Part shown: piece after piece, positions 13,324 through 24,734 of the stretch
Layout: the number at the start of each line of letters is the position of its first letter
How positions within the stretch are numbered: the first letter of the stretch is position 1
Source: Octopus sinensis
Lineage: Eukaryota
Direction: 5' to 3'
Length of the DNA: 64,000 nucleotides
Assembly (NCBI RefSeq): GCF_006345805.1
Contig: NC_043009.1
Location: 10,416,001-10,480,000, forward strand
Made by a program: the position numbers and the translations under genes
The notes under the pieces: generated by a model
What the model saw: only the letters and a program-made list of their open reading frames with translations
What the model was told of the DNA's origin: nothing
Databases searched by the model: none

Positions 13324-13737
13324 TATATAATATATATATATATAAGTATACTTTTATATATATAATACATGAAGTGTTGAAACGGCTGTATTCTTAGAAC
13401 GTCGAATAAAATGCTTTCAAAGCCTATGAAAGCCATTTTTATCGTCCATATTCTTGGAATCGATAAATAAAGTTCCTGCCAAGTACTGGAGTCAATTTAA
13501 ATATAAAGCTTCCCAGAGTCGAATAGAACTATATTAGAAGAATAAGAAACCAACCATTCACTGGTGCTTTATTTTATCGGTCCATAAATGATGGAAGGCC
13601 AATGAAATTCGGCGGAATCTGAACTCAGAATGCAAAAGGTCTCATCACAACTCAACATTTTACAACTTTAAGCCAGACTCCCGTTCCAATGCCAAACTTC
13701 AGGCATGACGAAGTAATCATTAATTAACAGTAGCTAA

Positions 13738-14135
13738 GGCAGCGAGCTGGCAGAAACGTTAGCACGTCGGGCGAAATGCTTAGCAGTATTTCGTCTGCCG
13801 CTACGTTCTGAGTTCAAATTCTGCCAAGGTCGACTTTGCCTTTCATCCTTTCGGGGTCGATTAATTAAGTACCAGTTACGCACTGGGGTCGATGTAATCG
13901 ACTTAATCCGTTTGTATGTCCTTGTTTGTCCTCTCTGTGTTTAGCCCCTTGTGAGTAGTAAAGAAATAGGTGTTTCGTCTAGCACTACGTTCTGAGTTCA
14001 ATTTCCGCTGGGGTCGACTTTGTCTTTCATCCTTTCGGGGTCGATTAAATAAGTACCAGTTACGCTCTGGGGTCGATGTAATCGACTTAATCCTTTCACC
14101 ACAAAATTTGAAGCCTGGTGCTTCCAGTAGAAAGA
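13738..14135 (+). mobile_element. SINE-A dimer
   Basis: A full unit joined through AAGAAATAGG|TGTTTCGTCT to a 5'-truncated second unit. Confidence 0.88.
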
Positions 14136-14417
14136 ATTACTTTATTATTATTTTTAGATTCATATTCTGAAGACCATGCATCTTTTACCTGTTATTTGTT
14201 TCCGACATTTGGCTGCCACCTCTGCATTTCAATGGCATTCCTTTTATCGACCCTAAGTGAGTGAAAGCTGAGGTTGAACTGGACATGATTTGAACTCCGA
14301 ACGTATTAATCCGGAAGAAACTGTGCGATTCATTTTTTTTCTTTTCATATTTTCTTTTGCTCAGCGTGATAATGATTCTGTTAGAACACCGCCTTCATTT
14401 CTACGGCAATAATAACA

Positions 14418-14489
<72 letters not shown>

Positions 14490-14510
14490 GTAATTTTCAA
14501 ATAAATAGGT

Positions 14511-14516
14511 TTTATT
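14511..14516 (-). promoter_or_regulatory. Candidate polyadenylation signal of the GPCR
   Basis: AATAAA on the minus strand about 125 nt after the stop, followed by a U-rich (TTA)n tract. The motif is common in AT-rich DNA. Confidence 0.3.
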
Positions 14517-14640
14517 TTTTTTACAATTTCTCCTAATTTCCACTTTTCGTCTCCATATGCAATCATTGAAGTATAACTGTTTACTGTACCTTTAAAAAAG
14601 CTTCCCTTAAATAATGCTTTTTTTTTTTTTTACTTTCCCT

Positions 14641-15303
14641 TCAGTTGTCACTGAAGTCTATAGGAATGGTCTTTTGTGTTTCTGATTTTTCACTACCTCT
14701 CGTTATTTTCAGAACCATTTCATTGATTTGTTTTGTAATTGCATTCCTAATATCACGATCGATAAACCAAAATGTTGGAATTATTCCGGCGCTGCATAAA
14801 GACAAATAGGAAAATATTTCTATAATCGCCCATAGTAAATTACTCTTGTTTTCAACTGAAGTCCTCATCAGATGCAAATGAAAGCATTTGAGAATAAATA
14901 CAGTTGATGCAAATATGCAGTTTGTAATTATACCTGCAATTAATGAGCTACGAATCAGCTGACGGTCGGCGTTCGTAAGCAGACGATACGACATTAAACC
15001 GCGGGATTGGAGTAAGCAGACGATCACAATCGTCGTACTGGTGGTTGTCATTAAGCTCAACACAAAAGTAAGCCACTGGAAACCTAAATTTGTCTCTTGA
15101 TTAAGGGTGAAGTCACATTCGTAATATATTTGACTGGAGTTGTTGTAAAAACCAAGGAAATATATGGGCATCACGGTGATAACTGTTCCTAACCATGGTA
15201 TGTATAGCAGAAGACTAGAACCAAAGTTATTCACTCTTTGTAAATAACGGTATGGATTGGTCGCCTGAAGAACTCGGTCGATGCTGATCGCAAACATATG
15301 AAA
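14641..15303 (-). CDS. Class A GPCR, coding exon 2 (end of TM3 to C-terminus; 220 aa + stop)
   Basis: Acceptor TTTTCATTCTATTTTCAG| (AG at 15305-15304), phase 0. Encodes FAISIDRV..NPYRY, TM4 IPWLG..VMP, ECL2 Cys (YYECDF), TM5-TM7 hydrophobic segments and helix 8-like DRDIRNAI. After splicing, C100 to R125 is exactly 25 residues (3.25 to 3.50). Confidence 0.9.
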   Translation of the reverse strand, partial: FHMFAISIDRVLQATNPYRYLQRVNNFGSSLLLYIPWLGTVITVMPIYFLGFYNNSSQIYYECDFTLNQETNLGFQWLTFVLSLMTTTSTTIVIVCLLQSRGLMSYRLLTNADRQLIRSSLIAGIITNCIFASTVFILKCFHLHLMRTSVENKSNLLWAIIEIFSYLSLCSAGIIPTFWFIDRDIRNAITKQINEMVLKITRGSEKSETQKTIPIDFSDN

Positions 15304-17139
15304 CTGAAAATAGAATGAAAACAAGAAAATGTAAAGATCAAAGAATTAAATTAAATGCTTTCTTCCGATTTAAATTTATTTCAACAGAAAGTACAAGACT
15401 ATCGATATGATAAATTATACATTAGTACAATATTCAATACGAAACAAGCATTATGCATTCATATATGCATACTTCTTTCTCCATTCTTTCCAAATTCCTA
15501 AACAAAGAAATACAGTCGGCCTATGACTAAAGACAAAAGCCACTTTCGAGGAAATTTTGACATCGTTGAACTAACAGACTTTATATGCTAAACTCTTTGC
15601 ATATATTCCCTTTTCCATTTTTGGAGTAAAACTACCGTTCCAGCCGCTATTCCTCTTTCATATATCTATATATATATATATATATATATATGCATGCACA
15701 ATCACGCGGGGACACACACACACACACGGACGCTCACATATGCAATCTTTCATTTACATACGGACTGATATATCAAAATGCTTATGACTTATCGTGGGAT
15801 ATATTGTCATGGATATAAATCTGAATATAACTGATCTTCATTCATTCGGCTTACGTTGTGAGATATCAGTTCAACCACCGTCTATCTGTTTTTTTATTAG
15901 TCCACCTTTCTAGCTATTGATGTATCTTTCCTTCCATCAGCTAATATAATATCTACAAAAAAAAAAAGCATATATCCAAATATATATAACAAATTATCTA
16001 CATATGAAGAGTATACGCCGACATTTAGAAGCAAAATAGTTATGGGCTTTATCTGTTGTACATCCGCCTGTGCTTCATAACTCAAATTTGATCTCGGATC
16101 CTTTGCTCATCCTGAAAGGCCATCCTCTGCTACTGGTTTTCTAATTAACGACACAAAATAAACCTCATCTCCAAAATTCTTACCTAAATTGTTACTGTAA
16201 TTTGGATTATTAATTTTCATACAAATTTATGTGAGAATTGTAAAGAGACATATAGATATGAAATGCAATCTAGTTTGCATTGAATATCTATGTAGTCACT
16301 TCTAAAATTGCGTGAAGTATGAAGGTCAAGAGGAAAATAAAATAAAATGTAGGAGACAAACAACAATAGACACAGAAAAGTGAGAATTCTGTACGAGCTT
16401 GAAACAGATGAGGTTCTTTAGAAATGAATTCCTTAGAAATTCGTGTCTGAAGATGGCTATGGTCGCATGCTGAGAACAATGAAGGTGTTTATCAGTTTCC
16501 AAGTTATGTCTATCTTCTGTTAAACATATCTGGAAATTCTGAATTCCGAATTCTAGCAAATGCCACACAATTCCTTTCTGTACTGGTGTTGCATGAATAT
16601 ATTTACTTGAACGAAATACAGAGCGGCGATTGCTTCCTTCACTTCAAGGAAAGAACTGAGATGTGATAACAATCTGTTGGGATCTGGAAACAGAATGCAT
16701 TAGATTTATACCACGGTGTTGGTAGGAGAAAGGAAATATTGCAAGGGTGAGGAAAAATATGAATATCTTGATTGTTGAAAAAAGATGGCACTTATAGAAG
16801 TTTCTCGGTTTCAGAAATTACAAGCAAGGCCTTTAGTAGAACCATTTAAGAGAACTAGTTACATTCAGACAATTCCAAATACTTAGCTGCTCAAAGTATA
16901 ACAATTCCAAGCCACAATCAACGTATCCCAGGAATGCTTCAGACGACCCCTCATTATTGATGATGATTTGGATAACTCTCAGATATGGATGCATGTAACT
17001 GCTACATCGTTTCCAGACCAAAATTAAGAAAAAATAGTCTTCCCTGAGTCACTCTGTGCTAAATAATAATATACATACATACATACATACATACATACAT
17101 ACATACATACATACATACATACATACATACATACACACA

Positions 17140-18200
17140 TGCAATACATGCATAACACTTACCTAGTCCCACTTGCGGCCCACACATCTCTTTCATCAGT
17201 GTTACAGTGTTTGGATACCATTGGTAAAGAAGCTTTCCTACTGTTAATCAAAAAGTCATCAATAGCAGATCTGACGTCATCATTACTGCGATACTGGTTT
17301 CCAGCCAAGTGTTTTTTCATATTGGGGAACAGATGATACTCAGATGGGGCCAAATCAGGAGAATAAGGAGGGGGTGATCAACCAGTTTAAATCCACAGTC
17401 ACGCACAGCAGCCGTTGAAAGCAAAGACTTGGTCTTCATAGACTTTCGTAACTGCCTCAGCAAGCTGGCAAAATACTCTCTATTGATGGTGTGGCCCTTT
17501 TGAAGTTATTCAATAAACGCAATGCCTTTTGCATCCAAAGAAACCGAGGCCGTCACCTTCCCTTGGCCTTCTTTGGAACAAGTGAGGAGGGATGTTTCCA
17601 CAGCATGGATTGTTTCTTTTTCTCTAGCACAAAGTGATGAAGTCAAGTCACGTCCTGGGTTAGGAAATGTTCATGGAAACTAGCTGGATCAGACTCAAAC
17701 AATGTCAGGATTTTTTCGTAATATGATCAGACTGGTGCGCTTTTGATCAGGTGTCAAAAGACGTGGCAGCCACTGAACAGAAACCTTCATGAAGCCAAAT
17801 TCCTTGTGCAGAATATCCTCAAATCTCTCACAGGATATTCTAATAGCATTGACTATCTGATTTATAGTCGATCGCCTGTCATCCATCACCATGTGGGAAA
17901 CACCAGTAATGCTTTTCTCGGTGGTGGCAGTTGCAGGATTTTCCTTTCTCCTCCTAAATTCAGCTGCTCACTTTTGCACTGTCGATAAAGCTGGAGTTTC
18001 ATCCTCTAATGTAGTAACCATGTCAGCATGAATATCCTTAGTGGCTAACCCCTTTCACTGCAGGTGCTTCACGACACCAAATTTTGTCGATTTTCAAGAG
18101 AAGTTGCTACTAGTTACTTCTGAAGTCTTCTTTGAACAGTCAGATATACTAGCATCATTCCTTCATAGTCGGCCAATGAACTTTTCAGCCCACCCTTGTA
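17140..18200 (-). mobile_element. Second mariner relic (irritans-like), one TIR retained
   Basis: Fragments VMDDRRSTINQIV..MKVSVQWLPRLLTPDQK, GKVTASVSLDAKGI..QKGHTINREY and APSEYHLFPNMKKHLAG. TIR-like TACAAGGGTGGGCTGAAAAGTTC starts at TA 18200-18199. The other end is lost next to a (TACA)n tract. Confidence 0.88.
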
Positions 18201-18249
18201 TACGCACACATTAACACATAAACATACATACACATCTATATCTATCTTT

Positions 18250-18780
18250 TATCTTTTACTTGTTTCAGTTATTAGACTGCGGTCATACTGGGGTACGCAC
18301 CACCTTGGGGGAATTTTAATCGAACTTCATTTTTAATCTTGATACCTATTCTATCAGTCGCTTTGGCTGAACTGCTAAATTACAGGGACGTAAGCACACT
18401 AACATAAGCGGAAAGTGTAACCTCTCGAAAGAGCTGTTCTTCACTCCTGCTCCAGGGTGTTGGCTGCGGGGTCACTCCGAAAAGCTCTATCTGCGACGAT
18501 TTCATCTCAATCGAAGGAGAGGGGCTTTCTCCGTCCGGGTTGCGGATCCGTGGAATAAACTGCCGGACGAGATAGTGAAGATGCCGACGACCGCTCGGTT
18601 CAAAGTCTCCCTTGACCACAAGTGGCCTGAACTCTTTACATAAACACCACCCTGTACATAACTCCATGTCCCCCTACATGGCCTTGCTTTTTGCTTTTTG
18701 AGCCAAAAAATTAACTAACTAACACCGATTGTCACATGGTGTGGGGGGAGAAACAGAGACACAAAGACTCACACACATAA

Positions 18781-18800
<20 letters not shown>
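18250..18800 (-). mobile_element. SINE-B 3' half, split by the CR1-like insertion
   Basis: TTTTACTTGTTTCAGT..CTATTCTATCAGTC..GGGACGTAA resumes after the insertion as CACCGATTGTCA..GAAACAGAGACAC. Confidence 0.75.
18405..18717 (+). mobile_element. 5'-truncated CR1-like LINE 3' end inserted into a SINE-B copy
   Basis: The plus frame (no ATG, so absent from the ORF track) reads ..LRGHSEKLYLRRFHLNRRRGAFSVRVADPWNKLPDEIVKMPTTARFKVSLD..* (stop 18641-18643). It has a (CTAA)n tail and a TSD ACTAACA at 18398-18404 and 18718-18724. Confidence 0.8.
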
Positions 18801-18816
<16 letters not shown>

Positions 18817-19359
18817 ATATGTAATTTCATTGGTAAATTTGACCTACGGTAGTATTTTCGGTACCTTGGCACATGAAGCCAGTGGAAGGGTTTTAATGTC
18901 ATTTTAACATTTAAATATTCTATATCGTTGAGGGCACAGACCTAGTGGTTAGGGTGTTGCGGTACGTTGTGTTTTTGCGCAAAACACTTCATTTCTCGTT
19001 CCTCTGAGATCACTTCGACACCTGGGGCGGGGTACACCTGGGCACGTACATCGTCTTCGATGGGAATGTCCATCATTAAACAATATTGGATCCTTTGGGT
19101 TTGGCTGCCAGCATCAATTTCTGTTCAAACTGATTTCATATTCAGTGTAATGATACACTTTTATAGGATAATGGATGGCGCGAAAATCATTTTCGCTATA
19201 AGTCAATAGATAAAGAGTTATTAGCAATTATAGCTTGAAATTTTTTGGTAATTTTAGCCAATCGTAAGCCACAGACACATTCATGCCTATTTCCATAGTA
19301 ACAAGCGGGAGCATGAGAACTCTTTTGTCTGCGAGAAAGCACGTGTTGACAAATATATT

Positions 19360-19476
19360 CCTTTCTACTCTAGGCACAAACCCGAAATTTTGGGGGAGGG
19401 GCCAGTACTTAATTTATGGACCCCGAAAGGATGAAAGGCAAAATTGACCTCGGCGGAATTTGAACTCGGAACGTAA
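19360..19476 (-). mobile_element. Truncated SINE-A with 16-bp TSD
   Basis: TGTTGACAAATATATT at 19344-19359 and 19477-19492. Confidence 0.8.
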
Positions 19477-19589
19477 TGTTGACAAATATATTGAAACCAG
19501 TTTTTAAAAAATGTTTCGACTGGAAATTTTACTGTTTGATTACGGCAGCAAGTACTGGTAACCTTGTTTCTATGATGGAGACACTAAGA

Positions 19590-20085
19590 ACAGAGTTTGC
19601 TAAAAATAACAGCTAAATAACCTTTTGGATAAATCGTTCAAGTTCGTACTATCACATTAAATGCATATTGAAAGCTTAAAACTACAAAATAATTTGTTTA
19701 ATCGTTTCTTTTTGTCATTGAGGTGGTTCTAAAAATAACAACTAAAAACGTTTTTGGATAAATCTTTTAAGTTCGTGCTATCACAATGCTTAAAATTACA
19801 AAAAACAACTTGCTTACACTTTCTTGACAACACGTGCTATTTTCCGGATATTGACGACAAAATGTGCGGCCACACACAAAATGACAGCTTCCAAATCCTG
19901 TTTTCTGACTGTGTGAAAATGATCAAACTTTAAACCTCTATAACTTTTTAAACAAATTTTTCTGGAAAAAGTGAAATAACTGCAGCAATTCAGCTTGGAA
20001 AAGTATATTAATGTTCCAAATTAAAAAATTTTCGATAAACTTTTTTGAAGTGCTACCAATCAAACCAAAAAGATCCACAATATTT
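19590..20085. repeat. Dispersed repeat family; related copies at about 25450-25750 and 27390-27720
   Basis: Shared CAGCTTCCAAATCCTG.TTTCTG (all three copies) and GATCAAACTTTAAACCTCT.TAAC (two copies); internal duplication of about 130 bp at about 19601 and 19731. Confidence 0.65.
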
Positions 20086-20089
20086 TATG

Positions 20090-20640
20090 AGGATGCATGG
20101 CCTAGTGGTTAGGATGTTGCACTCACAATTGCGAGATCGCGGTTTCAATTCTTAGACGGAGCAGTGTGTTGTTTCCTTGAGCAAAACACCTCATCTCATA
20201 TTATTCTGCCATCACATCGACACCTGATGTGTGGTACACTGTGCACCTGTCCAGGCAACGTTGATTTGATGGAGTGAGCTAGCTAATGTACAGCACATAC
20301 CTATTTCTTTATTACCCACAAGGGGACACAGAGAGGACAGACAAACGGATTAAGTCGATTATATCGACCCCAGTGCGTAACTGGTACTTAACGACCCCGA
20401 AAGGATGAAAGGCAAAGTCGACCTCGGCCGAATTTGAACGTAACGGCAGACGAAATACGGCTACGCATTTCGCCTGGCGTGCTAACCTTTCTGCCAGCTC
20501 GCCGCCTTTGTACAAAAAAGTATGTACAGCACATACCTTTGATCACTATAAACAAATCATTTGTGTAGGTCGTTCGGAAAAAAGTTGAACGCTCATACAT
20601 TCTCTTCGAAGTGGGAGTCCGCCATTTAGCAATTAAAATA
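20090..20640 (+). mobile_element. SINE-D (tRNA head TGGCCTAGTGGTTAGG..TCCTTGAGCAAAACAC) with a nested minus-strand SINE-A (20303-20521)
   Basis: 17-bp TSD ATGTACAGCACATACCT at 20286-20302 and 20522-20538. A second, degraded SINE-D lies at about 18945-19110. Confidence 0.75.
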
Positions 20641-20874
20641 GCAATTTATCTTGATCACTCATCGTCCATCTCCCCAAACTCATAATCGTACCTGATGGCT
20701 ACGTCTTAAAATGTAAAACATATAACACAGCTCATTTACATAATAGTATGCAGCTGAAGGCCATCCCAGCAATAATTAATGGACTATCGAGTATATAGGT
20801 GTGGATATACGAATGTATTGGTGGCTTTCGTTATTTGAAATGAATTAATCGACAGAAATGACCTTTGCCGTGTT

Positions 20875-21044
20875 GGAGTGGCTGTGTGGCAAGTAGCTTG
20901 CTCACCAGCCACATGGTTCCGGGTTCAGTCCCACTGCGTGGCACCTTGGGCAAGTGTCTTCTATTATAGCCTCGGGCCGACCAAAGCCTTGGATTTGGTA
21001 GACGGAAACTGAAAGAAGCCCGTCGTATATATGTATATATATAT

Positions 21045-21112
<68 letters not shown>

Positions 21113-21330
21113 GTGTGGTGTGTGTGTGTGTTTGCGTTTCTCCCAACATCGCTTGACAACCATTGCTGGTGTGTTTATGTCCCCGTAAATTAGCGGTTCA
21201 GCAAAAGAGACCGATAGAATAAGTACTAGGCTTACAAAGAATAAGTCCTGGGGTCGATTTGCTTGACTAAAGGTAGTGCTCCAGCATGGCCACAGTCAAA
21301 ATGACTGAAACAAGTAAAAGAATAAAAGAG
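20875..21330 (+). mobile_element. SINE-B, near full length
   Basis: Head, body, internal microsatellite and AAAAGAG tail are all present. Confidence 0.9.
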
Positions 21331-21785
21331 CAAGTGTTAGCTAAACATTATTTTATTGCACAAGTAAGGGAGACTACTTCGAATGTTTAAAGCCAATAAT
21401 CACTGTTTGCAATAGAAACGGTTATTGTGATTGGCCAGGTCTTTGCAACATGAGTTCAAATCTTGCCGAAGTCAACTTTGCTTTTTATATTTCTGATGTT
21501 AAACTAAAAGACTAGTGTGATTTAATCGACTACATTTTCCCCTCAAATTCCTTCTCGTGACTATACAAGAAATTATTGTTAGCAAATACAACAGCCAGCG
21601 TCCTCTTGTTTATATTGGAATTTTTGATGAATTTCAACCTAAATCTTATTTAAGATCTTCTCCTATGTTTTGTTTATTGGGAAGTAATTATTTATAAAAT
21701 TACAAGAAATATTATGCCGTATAATAATTCATTTTCTAAGCTTGTGTATTTTTTTTTTGGCATTAATAGCAGTAGTAGTAGTAGC

Positions 21786-21823
<38 letters not shown>

Positions 21824-22872
21824 CTGTTATTGTTGTATAGTTGCTGGCTGAACCGTAAGCAGTAGGAGTAACACGATGTATGTACGCATGTCTGAGTGGA
21901 AGACAGCATTCAGATAAGTTTTTGACACCAGGTCAAAGAGTACAAATTTATCAAACTACATCGCGCAACGCTCTGTTGTGAGATGTTTGGCCTCCTGAGT
22001 GAGAGTGGTTGTGGTGGTGGTGGTGGCGGTGGTGGTGGAGGTTGTAGAGTGAAAAAGAGAAAAGGAGACGGGGTGGGTTAGAAAGAACTGATCGTCCATG
22101 CGTGAAGTTAACATTCAAGAAATTTATGATTCCTTTTTGTGATGAAGGTCGGTAGAAGAAGAGAAATGGCGAAGAGTATAAAGAGAATAAAGAATGCGTT
22201 ATTAGGAGATAGAAGGGGAATGTGTGTTAGAGAGACTGAAGAAAAAGTTTAAGATGTAACCTTGGTTGCTAATTGTCACACACACACACACACATTCCAT
22301 GTCCACTTATGCTGTGGAAGAATTTCTATAGCACGTCAATGGCACACGTCATCACTGTCGTATGTGCGCTGATAATTGCGACAAGGTAAATTGGAATTTG
22401 TGTTATAAACAAGTAATGTATTAATTATTTCTCATACTTGTGTCGATCACTGGACTGTAGCCATCCTGGGGCACCACTTTGAAAAGTTTAGTCGAATAAA
22501 TCGACTCCGGTACGTTTTGTTTTTTTTTTTGCTTTTTGTTATTTTTTAAAGTCTGGTACCTATTCTATAAATCACTTTTTATATAACCACTCAGTTACGG
22601 GGATATAAACAAACCAACACCAGTTGTCAAGCGATCGTTGGGGACAAACACGTACACAAAACACAGAGAAACACACACGCGCACACAGCCACATAAAGAC
22701 ACACGTGCTTTTCTTAGACTTTTTCCTCTTTCCTTTCTCTCACGAGAGGTCATGCTCGAAATGTCACACCCTCTTTTCTCCATCATAAACTTTATCTGAG
22801 CATCAATCTAATACATTCATCGTGTACGTCCCTTTCCCTTTTGTTCTTTTCCTGTTTTCGTTTTCTATTTGC

Positions 22873-22908
<36 letters not shown>

Positions 22909-22914
<6 letters not shown>

Positions 22915-23033
22915 ATCACGTGCTCGCTTGGCCAGCGGGGTGGCGTCATTTGAAGGCTAAAACAATGCAAAGCGCATTGTGACCAGCGATGTGTAGCAAC
23001 ATCTGATGGCCTGGTCTGTCACGTGACCGCGTG
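22909..23033 (+). mobile_element. 3' part of SINE-C flanked on both sides by CACGTGATCACGTG-type repeats
   Basis: Matches about 36335-36446 (CTCGCTT.GCCAGCGGGGTGGCGTCATTTGAAGGC..ACATCTGATGGCCTGG). Confidence 0.8.
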
Positions 23034-23093
23034 TGTACCGTTGGCGATTTTTTTCCCTCCGTCTTCCCTTCTCTGGATCTTTCCTTTTCCTAT

Positions 23094-23128
23094 GTTTCTG
23101 ACGAAGAGCTCCACTCGAAACGTAAAAC
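23094..23128 (+). ncRNA. Minimal type I hammerhead ribozyme motif (Penelope-like, dimer-dependent type)
   Basis: GTTT-CTGACGA-A-GAG(CTCCA)CTC-GAAA-C-GTA-AAAC: core boxes present, stem II GAG/CTC, palindromic ACGT stem III, stem I GTTT/AAAC. Confidence 0.7.
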
Positions 23129-23231
23129 CCTCCTTCTTTCCTTCCTTCCTGAGCGTCCAATAATACTATATTTGTTCCACGTCCTCGCGTTGTGTTTTCT
23201 CTTTGTGTTTTCATGTTTGGATTAACTTTAC

Positions 23232-23560
23232 ATATATATATAATACAAAATGGGACAAGAACGCAAAACATCCAGATAGACGATACAAAAAAAACACGGA
23301 CGGGTCATTCGAAGCCTTTAATCTTCAGTCAAGAACCGGATCATCCTCGCAATTTCGGCTGATTAATCTTGAGATTGCTCCAATCTGGCCAGCCCCAAGG
23401 AAAAACTAAGCTAAGAGCATTAGATTCCTCGGAAAAAGGATCGAATGTGTACGAAACAAGGACAGAAGAACGGACGATGTTACACGAATATAAATACAAA
23501 AAAAAATAATAATACGAATATAAATGCAAAAAACAATAATAATAACAGGACACAACAACA
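23232..23560. repeat. Dispersed repeat; second copy at about 41500-41690
   Basis: Shared CAAAATGGG..GAACGCAAAACATCC..GATAGACGATACAA..CTTCAGTCAAG..CTTGAGATTGCTCCAATCTGGCCAG. Family not identified. Confidence 0.75.
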
Positions 23561-23692
23561 GGCGTCTTTCGACCAGAGACAAATTGAACTCAGCTGGTGT
23601 ATTGAGTGAGAATTAAGCCTTACTGCAGACGAAAACAACGATGTTAACGAGCCCGTAGTCCGACGCAAAAGGGCTACTAGTCGGCCAGCGGG

Positions 23693-24262
23693 CGCATGCA
23701 TGTTAATACTCTTAAGTTATTACACCTGGAAAAGTACAACACAAGATTTCTACAGCAGAATTTGTCTAATTTGTCACCTCTAAAGGAAACTAAAAAGTTC
23801 TTACAATTAAAATTCTACTCCACAAAAATATTGCAGCCGAGAATAGCATTTTAAAAATTTACAATGTTTTATTAAAACAAAAATTCTAAAAACATTACTG
23901 AGTTTTTCCCAAAATAAGCCCCTCCGATTTTAAGCCTATGGGCTTATATTCAGAAACTCTTTTCATATATAGCCCCAGTAAGTTATATTAATTTCAGAAA
24001 AAAAAATTTAATCAGAATTATTTAAGTCTGTATTTAAAACTATAGGCTTAGTTTTGGAAAAAACAGTATTTTAAAAATTAAATAAAATAAAATTAATTTT
24101 TTAAAAATACAGTATAATTCGCCTAATTCGTCATTCCTAGGAAAAAATTGAAAGTGACGAATTAAGTGAAGTAACGAATTAACCAAACAGATAATTTTTT
24201 TATGTGGAAGAATTGACTGAGCATATGGTTGATTTGAAACCATCTAATGATCGTTCTACTGC

Positions 24263-24307
<45 letters not shown>

Positions 24308-24734
24308 GATTATTATTTTGTAATGGGATTTCAACTCAAGTGAAAAAAAAAATCTTGTGCAATATTATTTACAATTTCATATTTTATTGTTTGTACTTGA
24401 TACAGCTAAATAAAATAACTACTTTAATTGTATATTTCAGAAGATATGATTAAAAAATTATTTTTGTGTTTAAATTTATTTTTGATTTATTTTTTACCAT
24501 GTTTTAAATGATTTACTTGTTTTTAGATTCTCACAATAAATAAAATAAATTATCTCAAATTTACCTAATATATTTCAATTTTTAAAATGCTATTCTCAGC
24601 TGCAATGGTTTAAGTATAGTAGAATTTTAATTCTAAGTACTTTTTAGAGGTGACGAATTAGGCAAATTCTTTTGTAGAAATCTTCTTCTGTACTTTTCCA
24701 GGTGTAATAACTTAAGAATATTAACATGCATGCG
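23693..24734. mobile_element. Foldback element / long inverted repeat (about 170-bp arms)
   Basis: CGCATGCATGTTAATA.TCTTAAGTTATTACACCTGGAAAAGTAC...GAGAATAGCATTTTAAAAATT at about 23693-23860 and its reverse complement at about 24575-24734. The interior is very AT-rich; no TSD was found. Confidence 0.8.

Noticed and set aside
14760-14830. The GPCR as an opsin
   Set aside because: Counting back from P7.50 (IIP), position 7.43 is Leu, not the retinal-binding Lys.
23295-23340. Minus-strand CTGAAGA..GAAT (also at about 41595-41635) as a hammerhead
   Set aside because: It has GAAT instead of GAAA and no stem I pairing; kept only as part of a dispersed repeat.
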